Shown: positions 29,253-38,995, numbered from the stretch's first letter. The stretch: 64,000 bases of DNA from Candidatus Latescibacterota bacterium (GCA_965226795.1 CBDDDZ010000005.1:512001-576000), one strand, 5' to 3'. The notes: generated by a model not told the origin, from the letters alone. Program-made: numbers and translations.

Positions 29253-30401
29253 ATGCACCCGGTTGATCTGCAGGAGAAACTGGAACAATTGGAGAGGCGA
29301 CAGTGTTGGCACAAGCGGATGATTGCGGGTCTGATTGTAGCATTCCTATTCACTGCCTCGCCGACGTTGACAAAGGCGCCCAAGTGGCTTGAAGGTGCAT
29401 TCTTGCCTGGACGCCTCGAATCCAACCCGACAAAGGCCGATTTCAGTAAAGCGCTATCAAACATGAACAGAATGGTTTCGAATCCGTCCGCGCTGCTTTC
29501 GAATTCGACACAGATGCTATCAAATGCTGCAGAGACGGAAAGGTTGAACAAGACGGCGCTTGCCAGAGAAGCGCAGATTGTCCAGGCAACGGAGTTTCAA
29601 ATCGTGAATGATCGTGGACGCGTCGTTGCGGCTATAGGCGCCTCGGATACCGGAGATGGCACGGTGGTATTGTGGAACCGCGAAGGAAAGGTGATATCCG
29701 TGTTAGGCGCGGACACACGCGGCAATGGCGCGCTGGAAATTGTGAACTCGTTGGAGCGGACGACAGTATCGATGGGCGCCGATGAGTCAGAACATGCCAA
29801 TGGTTGGATCAGTGTGGGCAGCGCCTCACAGGCGAGTATCCAATCGCTGGTGCTCGAGTCAGGCGTCGTCGCGATAGGCATCGTCAACAGCGACGGCAAT
29901 GTGGCAGCCCTGTTGGGTTCAAGTGAAAATGGCAATGGTGTGTTCAAGATATTAAACCGTTCTGGCAATATCGTTATTGACGCAGGAGCCACTGAGGTTG
30001 GCCACGGTGGCTTGGACATTTTCAACGCTTCAGGAGGGATAGCCGCCGCCGTGGGACATGTGAAATCAGAGTATATACACGGTGGGGTGTTGGGAGTTTT
30101 CAATGCTGATGGTTTGCCTGTCGCGTCTATGCAATCGGACGAAAGAGGCAAAGGCGAACTGGTCATAGATCGCGGCAGATTTGCAGCATATGTTGATGAT
30201 AACGGCAACGGGATTGTGGAAACCCGGGAGGAAAGTGGACTCTTGCGGTGGTCGTCTGAAATGGTGCCAGGCGGCAATGGCGGTACATCGAGCGGTTTAA
30301 TGGGTGACTTCGACGGGGATGGAGACGTCGATTTTACCGATTTCCTGACATTCGCAGGCAATTTCGGCAAGACGATTGACGATCAAACTGACATGAATTG
30401 A
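29253..30401 (+). CDS. Membrane-anchored beta-repeat protein with C-terminal EF-hand/dockerin-like domain
   Basis: N-terminal TM; roughly 22-aa repeats such as G.G.L.I.N..G; C-terminal GDFDGDGDVDFTDFLTFAGNFG. Confidence 0.7.
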   Translation: MHPVDLQEKLEQLERRQCWHKRMIAGLIVAFLFTASPTLTKAPKWLEGAFLPGRLESNPTKADFSKALSNMNRMVSNPSALLSNSTQMLSNAAETERLNKTALAREAQIVQATEFQIVNDRGRVVAAIGASDTGDGTVVLWNREGKVISVLGADTRGNGALEIVNSLERTTVSMGADESEHANGWISVGSASQASIQSLVLESGVVAIGIVNSDGNVAALLGSSENGNGVFKILNRSGNIVIDAGATEVGHGGLDIFNASGGIAAAVGHVKSEYIHGGVLGVFNADGLPVASMQSDERGKGELVIDRGRFAAYVDDNGNGIVETREESGLLRWSSEMVPGGNGGTSSGLMGDFDGDGDVDFTDFLTFAGNFGKTIDDQTDMN

Positions 30402-30532
30402 CGCAAACGATTAATGGTAAGGGCGACAGGAATGTGAGTGGTGAGACGTAGCCGAATAAAGGCGGTGAACCACGCTACAGGCGCAACCCGGAATCTCGAA
30501 GCCTCTTCGTGGGATACCAATAGGAAACGGAG

Positions 30533-31180
30533 GTGGATTCTTTGGAACTGTCAATTGCTCGGCTGATCCGCAAGCGCACGCAGGATCTTGGTATCACCCG
30601 CGGTGAACTTGCCCGCCGTATGGGATATACCAATGTCACCACGGGATGTCGACGATTAGACCAGATATGCGCCGGAGACGTTAAAATGGCGGAGAATCTG
30701 CGGGTCGAGCTTGCCCGGGGCCTCGACGTGGATGCCGAAGTGATCAATGATTCTATCGAGTACACCCGCGCCAAACAGCTTTCGGCGGAAGACAAGGCCT
30801 ATCGTGAATCTTTTAAGCCACATGCGGTGATACTCACAGAGTATAAGATACCGACACAGATCACATTTTACGCAATGACCGGGGGATCCCGTCATCGGAT
30901 TATTCCGTTCAAGGAGGGGTCAACCCCTGAAACGTACGCGGCACAGGCGCGAGAGGCCCTTCCGAACGTGGTTCGCTTTCTCGGGCGTCCAATTGGATAT
31001 GTGGTAAACTACACTCCAGATTTCGCCTTAAAGTTTAACAAGGAGGGCAGATTGATAGGAAGGCTCGACCGCACGTTTCGCGTGGGGCAATCAGGCGTCG
31101 TTATCGGGGGCAAGGAAGTCGGCGAAGGGGTCTGGTCCACCCTTTTGGGTACCGCATCGGTTTCTCCTTCGCCCAAATAA
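30533..31180 (+). CDS. Hypothetical protein with N-terminal XRE-like HTH
   Basis: LGITRGELARRMGY; GGAG upstream of GTG start. Confidence 0.65.
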   Translation: MDSLELSIARLIRKRTQDLGITRGELARRMGYTNVTTGCRRLDQICAGDVKMAENLRVELARGLDVDAEVINDSIEYTRAKQLSAEDKAYRESFKPHAVILTEYKIPTQITFYAMTGGSRHRIIPFKEGSTPETYAAQAREALPNVVRFLGRPIGYVVNYTPDFALKFNKEGRLIGRLDRTFRVGQSGVVIGGKEVGEGVWSTLLGTASVSPSPK

Positions 31181-31262
31181 GCTTGACACGTTTTGCAGGG
31201 AGTAACTGGGAATCCGCTATATCGCGGAGGGTGGAATGCGAATCCGTGGAGACATGGTCCTT

Positions 31263-31287
31263 GTAGGGGCGCCCCTTGCGGACGCCC
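31263..31287 (+). repeat. GTAG-type REP palindrome
   Basis: GTAGGGGCGCCCCTTGCGGACGCCC; relatives at 34998, 36836, 49724, 57924, 58400, 58469. Confidence 0.75.
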
Positions 31288-31434
31288 GACTCTGGCAAAG
31301 ACGCGGCCGCAGCTGCCAGTCAGTTGGGTCGTGCCGCATGATTGCATTGATTCTGCGCGAAGGCCGAGAATAGTGACCGGCGTCGAGTATGCCCGCCAAA
31401 GCCGGGATTATTTCACCGGTTCGGGAGGAGAGTG

Positions 31435-31933
31435 ATGTCCGGGAGCTACCGAGTAATCCGGCAACAATTCTCCGAGTTGCCATTCGTGACCTTTCATATC
31501 TATGAGGTATATTATAAGGAAAACGATAAAATTACGGATTGGCACGAGTTTCGGGACGAAATCCACGGGGGATCGCTGGAGGAATTGCGAAAAAAAAATC
31601 AGGTTCTTTCTCCACGCATTCCGCTATCCGATACTTGAAGAGATAGAAACGGGAAAAGGGCGGACTCTCGTTCCTATCGATTCCGAATTTCGAATCAACG
31701 ACGGGCGTTATATCGAACTCGTCGATCTAGGGTGTGAGGCGTCAAAATACGTCGATCGATTGCTGGGCAGCCATCCACTCGTTAACAAAAATAGTGTTCT
31801 ACGAGGCCTGTATATAGAGTTCTGGTTGGCTCTTGACATGCTCACGGAAGAGGCTGTCCTTTTGGAGTATGGAAATGACAGAGCCAAACCCACGCGACAA
31901 AATAACGTCAGACAACTGGAACTCCCATTCTAA
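31435..31933 (+). pseudogene. Hypothetical protein, frameshifted at the A9 run (31590-31598)
   Basis: YRVI...FHIYEVYY..GGSLEELR continues in the other frame as FFLHAFRYPILEE. Confidence 0.6.
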
Positions 31934-31968
31934 TGTAGCATATTGGGCGGAGAGGAGCGCGGGATCTG

Positions 31969-32364
31969 GTGTTCAGAAAGAGCAAGATTGTTGTTGTCGA
32001 CGGCGAAAAGACCAGGGAAAGGAAGGCGGTAGTAACGTGGAGCGACTCTTTTGTCACTCTCCGATTCAAGGACGGCAACGTTTCTGCGCGGTATCCCAGA
32101 CATGAAGGCGTTTTTCGTTATGACCGCATGTCGGGAATGGTCTACGAGCGGTCCAAGCATTCCCGGATCGTAAGCGCGATATTGCTCTCTCCACTGACGC
32201 TGTTTTCCAAGCGCAAGCATCACTGGTTTTCGTGGAATTACGTCGATGCGGATAGCAGCAAGCGTTCAATTCTGCTTCGCATTGACAAGAAAGAGGAACG
32301 GCTATACAGGCGCCAGGTTCCGATCTTGACAGGCCTGGAGCTTGAAACCATAATTGAGGATTAG
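31969..32364 (+). CDS. Hypothetical protein (PH-like beta fold possible)
   Basis: 131-aa ORF; GAGGAG upstream. Confidence 0.6.
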   Translation: MFRKSKIVVVDGEKTRERKAVVTWSDSFVTLRFKDGNVSARYPRHEGVFRYDRMSGMVYERSKHSRIVSAILLSPLTLFSKRKHHWFSWNYVDADSSKRSILLRIDKKEERLYRRQVPILTGLELETIIED

Positions 32365-32538
32365 GGCCTTGGAATTCAGTCCTGCCGGGACGGCGGGTAC
32401 GGGCCTTGCGCTGCTGTAGCCATCTGCTTGTTTTTGTGACGTTCTTCCGGACGTCAAGAATGCAGAGAGGCCTTTCAAACTAGACAGTTTCGTTGATCTG
32501 AGTCCCGCGCGAAATCTGCGTCGAAACATGGGGAAAAA

Positions 32539-33288
32539 ATGGAGCGTTTTCGTGAATCGTCTATATCACGGCTGTTGACGCACGCCGACCGGTATGATTG
32601 TGCCGCAATTACGGCCTTTCGAAAGTACGAAGGCGGCCGAAAAGGACGGAAATATACCGAGAAGGAGAACGCTCAGAGGAATGCCAGCCTCCGAGTAAAG
32701 CTTACCGCCAGTGTCTATGAAATGGCGGCATTGGGCGGATCCTATTTTGAGGGCGGTGAAGTAACACGAGACCGTTTCTTTTTTGTGGTCAACAATGGAT
32801 GGCGTGGGGATCCACGTTCCCTCTACCAGTTTACGCAGAGGATGAAGCGTTTCGGAGAAGAATTCGAGCAGGACGCCGTTTTGATAATCCCGAAGGGTGC
32901 CGTGCGTGGGGATGCCAGCCGACCTGCCGTGCCATTGGTAGAACGCTCCAAAAGGCGGGGTCGGGCGTTCTTCATTCGCACAAATGATAGTCCTGAAAAC
33001 TGGATGAAAGATCAGGATTTGATGAGCGCTACGGTCGATGAGACCCAAATCAACCGTGCGGTCGGCGATTTTCTCAATGTTGTTAATGGTCATTCCCTTC
33101 ATGTTCAGAGTAATAATGAAGATGAGGAAAGCGATGAAGTCGAAATTACGGCTGTCCACTATCTGCCCGGGAATATTTCTTCATTGCACTTAGCGAACCT
33201 AAAAGGAAGGAAGCCGTGGCGAGAGGCAGATGTGAGGTGGTTGCGGGGTTCGAAGCCGCCCGCAGATTATTCTCAGATATTCGAGTAG
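32539..33288 (+). CDS. Hypothetical protein resembling a phage family (SSxSR...ITAFR...EN.xRN..L...G.Y.E...FFV...G..F.QDAVL)
   Basis: Motif order recalled from phage hypothetical proteins; no search run. Confidence 0.55.
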   Translation: MERFRESSISRLLTHADRYDCAAITAFRKYEGGRKGRKYTEKENAQRNASLRVKLTASVYEMAALGGSYFEGGEVTRDRFFFVVNNGWRGDPRSLYQFTQRMKRFGEEFEQDAVLIIPKGAVRGDASRPAVPLVERSKRRGRAFFIRTNDSPENWMKDQDLMSATVDETQINRAVGDFLNVVNGHSLHVQSNNEDEESDEVEITAVHYLPGNISSLHLANLKGRKPWREADVRWLRGSKPPADYSQIFE

Positions 33289-33390
33289 GAGTTGCCGTGA
33301 GGCGCTCGGCCGGGATGATTGCCGTTGTCGGCGACAATAATTCCAGGATCGGTGATTTGGCCTCGGTTCAAACGGGGGAGGTTGTTCAGC

Positions 33391-33951
33391 GTGAAACTGC
33401 ACAAAGTAGTATTCGGAATTAAGGAGCATCACATAAGGAGCGGCGTCGCGTGGCATTGTGAGCAATGCCCGGGTGCATTGGCTGTTCTTGATCGTGTCGT
33501 TCCGGATGTGTGTGTATCGCTGGATGATTTTTTGGTATGCTTTTCACATCGGTCCGGCTGCGAGACGTCCGCCAGTGGGTCACGGGAGAGTTACAGGCAG
33601 GAAGTGCCCGAGGAACTTTCTGATTTCACGTACCGGTTTGATCGCAGGCACGAAGGCGTCCCTGTTGAATTTGTCCTTGACGTTCCTGAGTGGGCCTACA
33701 ACGCGGAGAAGGCGGCTTGCTTCAGGCTAGTGAAAACGCTGGTGAGGGTGGCGGCCGCCAATCGCAACCAGGGTTGGATTGATGTTGTGGTTCCCAGTTG
33801 GCACTCAATGGAGAAGATTCGGTTGAAGAAAGACAGGATCCCCGAGGATGTGTTTCTCGCCGCAGCCCCCGAGAAGCGTTTTCATGCGTGGGTCAATGTA
33901 GACAACAATTTAAAAGCCGCTTTGCATTTTGCGGATTGGGAAGAAACTTGA
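33391..33951 (+). CDS. Hypothetical protein, phage-like N-terminus (HIRSG...CEQCPGALA)
   Basis: GGGAGG RBS before GTG 33391. Confidence 0.55.
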   Translation: MKLHKVVFGIKEHHIRSGVAWHCEQCPGALAVLDRVVPDVCVSLDDFLVCFSHRSGCETSASGSRESYRQEVPEELSDFTYRFDRRHEGVPVEFVLDVPEWAYNAEKAACFRLVKTLVRVAAANRNQGWIDVVVPSWHSMEKIRLKKDRIPEDVFLAAAPEKRFHAWVNVDNNLKAALHFADWEET

Positions 33952-34557
33952 GTAAATTTCAATTCGAAAGGAGCCACGCTGTGCCTATAATAGTGAGACA
34001 ATTTCCCCAAAGATCGGAGAGCGATGTAGAGGGCCAAGGAACGGGTTTTCCAAAAAATGAAGATATAGAAGGGGCAACATCAAGCGAGGTGCGGCGGCGG
34101 CGATTAACGGAGGGTTAGAAGTGGAAGAATTATTGACACTGGGGATCGGCGGGCGAAGAATCCGTTAGTAGGGGCGTGCGACAGCTGGTATCAACCTACG
34201 AAGGCGGAAATGGATGATGACGTGGGTATAGAGGCCACGCAGCAGGAGGTAGCCCGCGCGTTGTTTGGCGGCAGGTTCGCCGGCGCCAAATCGGGCAAGA
34301 GAGAGGTTGTCTAACGTGCCTGGAGAAGGTGGATGGCCAGCACGTATAGTGGGATGGCAGGTTTGCATTCCGGCGGGTATTCTGGTACCGGGGTATATAG
34401 TCAGCATTCTGATAGCGGTCTTGAAATCCGTGCAGACGCGAATTCACCCCGCGTATTTAGAGGATCAACCACCGCGCGGAAAGTAGTGGAATTTGATGTT
34501 TTTTAAAGGCAACCAGAGCAGGGCCAAGTGTTCAGACTTCGCTTGGGGAGGCGCGGC

Positions 34558-34947
34558 ATGAACGGAGAGAAAAACGACCAAGAGAACCTTCAGTGGAAGG
34601 GACGAACGGCGGCGGACGCGGCGGCCAAGGAGGCCAGGGTGATGGCGGCCTGGGCGCGGGAAACCGCAGAGTGGGCGACCGCCGAATATTCGAAGCGGGA
34701 TGGCCAATTCAGGCGGCTTGCGGAAATGGAGTATCGCGGGGCCCTTGCGAGGTGTTGTTTGGAAGCGAAGGATGCGGCTAAATTCTGGGATGCCGCGGCG
34801 GACAAGTGGGAGGCCGGGGAGCGCGGCCTGGCGACGGACTTCGAGGAGGAGGCGAACGCTGCGATGCTGAACGTAATGGACACGCTGGACAAATCGGACG
34901 ATCTCCGGAAGATCGAGCAGGAGAGGAACTCGGGCGCGCAGCCCTGA
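34558..34947 (+). CDS. Hypothetical Ala-rich helical protein
   Basis: GGGAGG then ATG 34558; about 129 aa. Confidence 0.5.
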   Translation: MNGEKNDQENLQWKGRTAADAAAKEARVMAAWARETAEWATAEYSKRDGQFRRLAEMEYRGALARCCLEAKDAAKFWDAAADKWEAGERGLATDFEEEANAAMLNVMDTLDKSDDLRKIEQERNSGAQP

Positions 34948-34981
34948 AATAAACCAGTTTGAGGCGGGATTCTTCGGCCAG

Positions 34982-35130
34982 GCCGCCACCCAAACCAGGG
35001 CAACCACAAGGGTTGCCCCTACGGCGCACCGGGTAGGTTGTGATCTAAAGTTGGGTTTGACGTAAACGTGATTGGATCGTGTGAATTGTGAGCAAGAAGG
35101 GCGACTCCAAAAGGAGTCGCCCTTCTTGCT
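34982..35130 (+). repeat. About 150-bp direct repeat (REP plus terminator-like hairpin), copy 1
   Basis: Homologous to 36820-36968; hairpin AGCAAGAAGGGCGACTCC-AAAA-GGAGTCGCCCTTCTTGCT. Confidence 0.88.
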
Positions 35131-35131
35131 G

Positions 35132-35320
35132 GTGCGCCATGCCTGGCGCGAAGTGCCGGTAGCAGATGTCGGTGCTTTGAACCGGTAAGGGAAACCGAGC
35201 CGGGAAGTGACTGGGAGGGTGGGAGTCCCTCCAGAGGCCGTGGTGACCGGAACTATTAGCGGAACAGCAAGGGCGTCGTCGCGAGGTGGGTCTGACGGAA
35301 GCTGAATGCAAGGTCCCGGC
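35132..35320 (+). ncRNA. Truncated group II intron (class IIC-like), 5' part of domain I
   Basis: Starts GTGCG one base after the hairpin; GGGTGGGAGTCCC and TTAGC..AACAGCAAGGGCGTC...TCTGACGGAAGC...GCAAGGTCCCGG follow the IIC domain I pattern; no RT or domain V seen. Confidence 0.75.
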
Positions 35321-35361
35321 CCTCGTCAATCACATCCTCAGCGCCCATAACGATTTCCCTT

Positions 35362-35673
35362 CTATCGCCTCCTGGCCCTCTTGCGCCTATTTTGTGCCTT
35401 CTTCCCATACGACCCACTATGCCGAAATTCCCCGTCTACAACGTGAATCTCGTCACCTTCCCGTCTGAAATAGACCCGATACCTCCCATGTTTAATCTTG
35501 TACTCGGTAATTCCTGGTGGAAGACCTTCAACCTTCGTCGCTCTCAACTCCCGTCTCTTGTTTGGATTCCCAAGACTTTTGATCTTATCCAGAAGAACAG
35601 GTCCAGCATTTGACGGCAAATTCTCCAAAAACTCCTCTACCTTATCCCGAATAACTACTTTCTGCTCTACCAA
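35362..35673 (-). CDS. RelE/ParE-like toxin
   Basis: KVEEFLENLP...KIKSLG.P...KVEG...ITEYKIKHGRYRVYF. Confidence 0.72.
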   Translation of the reverse strand: MVEQKVVIRDKVEEFLENLPSNAGPVLLDKIKSLGNPNKRRELRATKVEGLPPGITEYKIKHGRYRVYFRREGDEIHVVDGEFRHSGSYGKKAQNRRKRARRR

Positions 35674-35737
35674 CGGGACCCTCTCTTGTGGCGAAGGACT
35701 GTGGCCTGCCGCGTACGCTGTCGCTTATCCGCCTCGC

Positions 35738-35953
35738 CTAACGTCTGCCCCATTTCCGCTCCATTTTCTCAAAAACCCGATTCGTCTCGTCAACCGTCAA
35801 CATTCTGCTCTCACCCGTCCGCAACTCTTCGGTGGTACGCAATGCCCGCGCTACCTCCGCAGCCTCGTCCTCATCCTCCCGGATCACGTCTTCCGCACGC
35901 TCCCCCCTCACTACTCGATTGATCCATCCGATAACAAGAGTACCAGCACCCAT
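35738..35953 (-). CDS. Putative cognate antitoxin
   Basis: AGGAGG RBS; 71-aa protein with acidic central segment, directly upstream of the RelE-like gene. Confidence 0.55.
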   Translation of the reverse strand: MGAGTLVIGWINRVVRGERAEDVIREDEDEAAEVARALRTTEELRTGESRMLTVDETNRVFEKMERKWGRR

Positions 35954-36219
35954 TACGTCCTCCTTTCCTTGTCTCTGCCCACGACGGCCCTAACGCGCTT
36001 TATCATTTCAAACACTGTGCTCATGACATGACCTCCCTGTTAAGTTGTCATAAATTTCTTGCATCTTGTCAAGGGGAAAGATTACACTTTCCTCACCACC
36101 AACACCAACCTTCATCTATTTAACGGGTTATGAAATGGACGAGTTAAGCCAAATTTCTTCTTCTGCCGATATAACGACCGCTAATTTCACCGTGATTATG
36201 GCATTGATCAACATGCTAA

Positions 36220-36543
36220 CAGTCCGTTGAAAAAGTTGCTCTGCAGGCGAGGTAGAGTGTCCCGTCCCAGAAATATGTCACCATTCATCCGACGATTCAT
36301 CCCGTCTCGCTGCGTTGCCATCGCTCGCCGACCTTACGCAGGTCGCCTCGCTCAGGCGCCTTGCCAGCCGGGCGACTCGGCGGCCGAATTTCAGCAATCT
36401 ATTTCCGGGACAGAACACTTGCCATTGTGATCGAAGACAAGGCGCGCGACCGAGTCGAATCGGGGGATTCGGGAAGGGAGCGCAACGCAGTAATTCGGCC
36501 ACAAGAGCCGGCCGCAGACCGGATGGACTTTTTCAACGGGCTG
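36220..36543. mobile_element. MITE A copy (inverted) with MITE B nested at 36256-36419
   Basis: CTAA direct repeats at 36216-36219 and 36544-36547; A sequence resumes at GCCATTGTGA after the B TIR. Confidence 0.9.
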
Positions 36544-36819
36544 CTAAGCCACTTTAGACCGATCTACGACGTTGACGGCATCCTCTTCATCATAATAATC
36601 GTCCCCTATGGGTGGGCCTCATCGAATTCACCATTCAGAATCAGCGACCTTAAGGTTTCGGCAACATCGCCAATGCACTCCATTCTTCTTCCGATTCCAG
36701 ATAAAGACGCATTTCTCTGTTGCACCGATACGCCCTCATACCAACCTCCAAATGTTACTATGAGTCATCATCTATTTTTTGATTCATCTTCGAATGGTCG
36801 ACCCGAGGTGCGGGTGAGA

Positions 36820-36968
36820 GCCGCCACCCAAACCAGGGCAACCACAAGGGTTGCCCCTACGGCGGATCGGGCAGGGTGAGATCTGAAGTTGGGTTTGACG
36901 TAAGCGTGATTGGATTGTCGGGATTGTAAGCAAAGCGGGCGACTCTTTTGGGAGTCGCCCGCTTTGCT
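36820..36968 (+). repeat. About 150-bp direct repeat, copy 2 (no intron after the hairpin)
   Basis: Hairpin AGCAAAGCGGGCGACTC...GAGTCGCCCGCTTTGCT shows compensatory changes relative to copy 1. Confidence 0.88.
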
Positions 36969-37053
36969 GTCGTGGCTTTGTCCAGATTATTGTCGAATCC
37001 GGCGCAGTTCGTTTCTGATCTATCGGTGATGTCCCGGCAACGTGATTCCGCGT

Positions 37054-37815
37054 TTATCCTCTCACACTGTCGACCATGCTCCGGCAGCCGTGCAGATAGA
37101 TGCCCGTATCGACCGACAGGGCGATATACCGCACGCCGGCGTCGATCCAGCGTCTGGCCGCGTCGGGGCTGTCCGCGAAGGTGCCCACGGTGAGTCCCGC
37201 CCGATTGATCTGCACCGTAGCCTCCCGCATCCGGTCCACCACCCTGGCGTCATTCACCTGGCCCGGTATGCCCAGTGACTGGGAAAGGTCGTACGGACCG
37301 AGGAAGACAACGTCCAGGCCGGGCACGGCGATGATGGCATCCAGGTTCTCCAGGCCATCCACACCTTCCACGTGGATCAGCACCATGGATTCCCGGTTCA
37401 GCCGCTCGAAGATCTGGCCGCCTTCCGAAAAGTACCGCGCCGCGCGCGTGTAGGGCGAGACACCCCGCATCCCGAGTGGCGCGTATTTTGCCGCCGCGAC
37501 AAGGGATTCGGCATCTGATCGGGTGCGTATCTGCGGGACCTGAACGCCCTCCGGACCGATGTCCAGCGCTCGGAGCACCTGGGGCGGGTCGTTTTCACGG
37601 ACGCGCACGATGGGGGAAATACCCGCGCTCTTTGCCACGCGGCACAGGTTCTCGGTGGTCTCGATGTCCAGCGGACCGTGTTCGGTATCCAGGATGACGA
37701 AATCAAAGCCGGCGTACGCGGCGATTTCGATGAGCGCACCGGAAGCGAGGTTGACAAAGGGACCCAGGACAACCTCACCGGCTTTCAGTTTGGCCTTCAG
37801 GCTGATTTCAGACAT
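37054..37815 (-). CDS. HpcH/HpaI aldolase family protein
   Basis: GFDFVILDTEHG, RALDIG, PLGMRG, FLGPYDLSQSLG. Confidence 0.92.
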   Translation of the reverse strand: MSEISLKAKLKAGEVVLGPFVNLASGALIEIAAYAGFDFVILDTEHGPLDIETTENLCRVAKSAGISPIVRVRENDPPQVLRALDIGPEGVQVPQIRTRSDAESLVAAAKYAPLGMRGVSPYTRAARYFSEGGQIFERLNRESMVLIHVEGVDGLENLDAIIAVPGLDVVFLGPYDLSQSLGIPGQVNDARVVDRMREATVQINRAGLTVGTFADSPDAARRWIDAGVRYIALSVDTGIYLHGCRSMVDSVRG

Positions 37816-37950
37816 TGTGCATCTCCGCGAAAGGACATGAGTTATGGAACCGTTGAGTCGTTCAATATAGGCTGCCGCAGAAGTCGTGTAAAGTGGAAAG
37901 GCCGGTAGTGAATGTGGATCTGAGGTTACACACGCCGCCGCCGGCGCGGC

Positions 37951-37981
37951 TTGACTTTCGACCGCCGCTTCCTTATATACA
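37951..37981 (+). promoter_or_regulatory. Putative sigma70 promoter of the small ORF
   Basis: TTGACT-17 bp-TATATA. Confidence 0.55.
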
Positions 37982-38014
37982 ACATAGACGATTTGAAATG
38001 GGAAGGAGGTGGAA

Positions 38015-38143
38015 ATGTCCGCTGATCTGCGTAAATTTGCGTTGCGTCTGAAGGTCATCGAAATCTTGAAACGATACTGCTGGGTGCGGCACCAGTTGAG
38101 GGTCATTCAGCTATGGAAGAAACTTTACACCCACCCGAATTGA
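38015..38143 (+). CDS. Small basic protein, 42 aa (below the ORF-track length cutoff)
   Basis: AAGGAGGT RBS; MSADLRKFALRLKVIEILKRYCWVRHQLRVIQLWKKLYTHPN; own promoter and hairpin. Confidence 0.7.
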   Translation: MSADLRKFALRLKVIEILKRYCWVRHQLRVIQLWKKLYTHPN

Positions 38144-38162
38144 CCCTTGCGAATTGTCTACT

Positions 38163-38200
38163 GAAAAGGCGCTCGGACGGCGACGGTCCGGGCGCCTTTC
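38163..38200 (+). terminator. Terminator-like hairpin
   Basis: AAAGGCGCTCGGAC...GTCCGGGCGCCTTT. Confidence 0.75.
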
Positions 38201-38320
38201 TGTTATCCGCGACTACCGGCCGTAGGCCTCGGTCCTCCTCCGGGCCCCGACACAGGCACCCCGCCCAGAATTGAATAGGTGTTGCTCATCATCCGTTGAT
38301 TCGTTAAATTTCCGCCCATT

Positions 38321-38995
38321 ATGGCCCCCGGACAGAACAGGATTCTTCCGGTTTTTGACCGGTTGCTGGATGCCTTCGGACCACAGGGTTGGTGGCCGGC
38401 GGAAACCCCGTTCGAAACAATGGTCGGGGCCATACTGACGCAGAATACAGCCTGGACGAACGTGGAACGGGCGTTGGGCAGGATTAAGGCCGCCGGGGCG
38501 CTCGATGCACGGATCATGCTGGATATGCCCGACGGCGAAATGGAGACCCTCATCCGTTCCGCCGGGGCCTTCCGCGTAAAAACGAGGCGGCTGAAGGCGT
38601 TTCTGGCATTTTTCGTTGGCAGGTACGGCGCGGACGTTGTCCGGATGAAGGATGTGTCCACCGCGCGTCTGCGCGAGGAACTGCTGGCGGTAACCGGGAT
38701 TGGGCCTGAGACCGCGGACTGTATTCTGCTCTATGCGCTCGATAAGCCGAGTTTTGTGGTGGATGCATATACGCGGCGTGTTTTCGGGCGTCTGGGACTG
38801 ATCGGCGGGGCGCTCGATTACCATGATGTACAGCGTACTTTCGAGGCTGCGTTGCCAGTGGACACGGTTGTCTACAACGAGTATCATGCCCTGATCGTGG
38901 CGCTTGGCAAGCGCGTCTGCCGGCCGAAACCCCTGTGCGGGCAGTGCGTACTGAACGCGATTTGCGAAACTGGAGGACAGGATGGCCGGGTTTGA
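38321..38995 (+). CDS. Endonuclease III-related HhH-GPD protein
   Basis: WWPAETPFE..GAILTQNTAW, GIGPETADCILLYA, VVDAYTRR, CRPKPLC..C.L...C. Confidence 0.9.
   Translation: MAPGQNRILPVFDRLLDAFGPQGWWPAETPFETMVGAILTQNTAWTNVERALGRIKAAGALDARIMLDMPDGEMETLIRSAGAFRVKTRRLKAFLAFFVGRYGADVVRMKDVSTARLREELLAVTGIGPETADCILLYALDKPSFVVDAYTRRVFGRLGLIGGALDYHDVQRTFEAALPVDTVVYNEYHALIVALGKRVCRPKPLCGQCVLNAICETGGQDGRV

Noticed and set aside
11540..34320. Integron attC sites (GTCTAAC or GTTAG words near 11665, 15488, 34309)
   Set aside because: No paired R''/R' boxes with attC-like dyad symmetry and no integrase
37816..38106. 96-aa N-terminal extension of the aldolase
   Set aside because: Family homology starts at MSEISLK (37815); the extension overlaps the divergent promoter and small ORF
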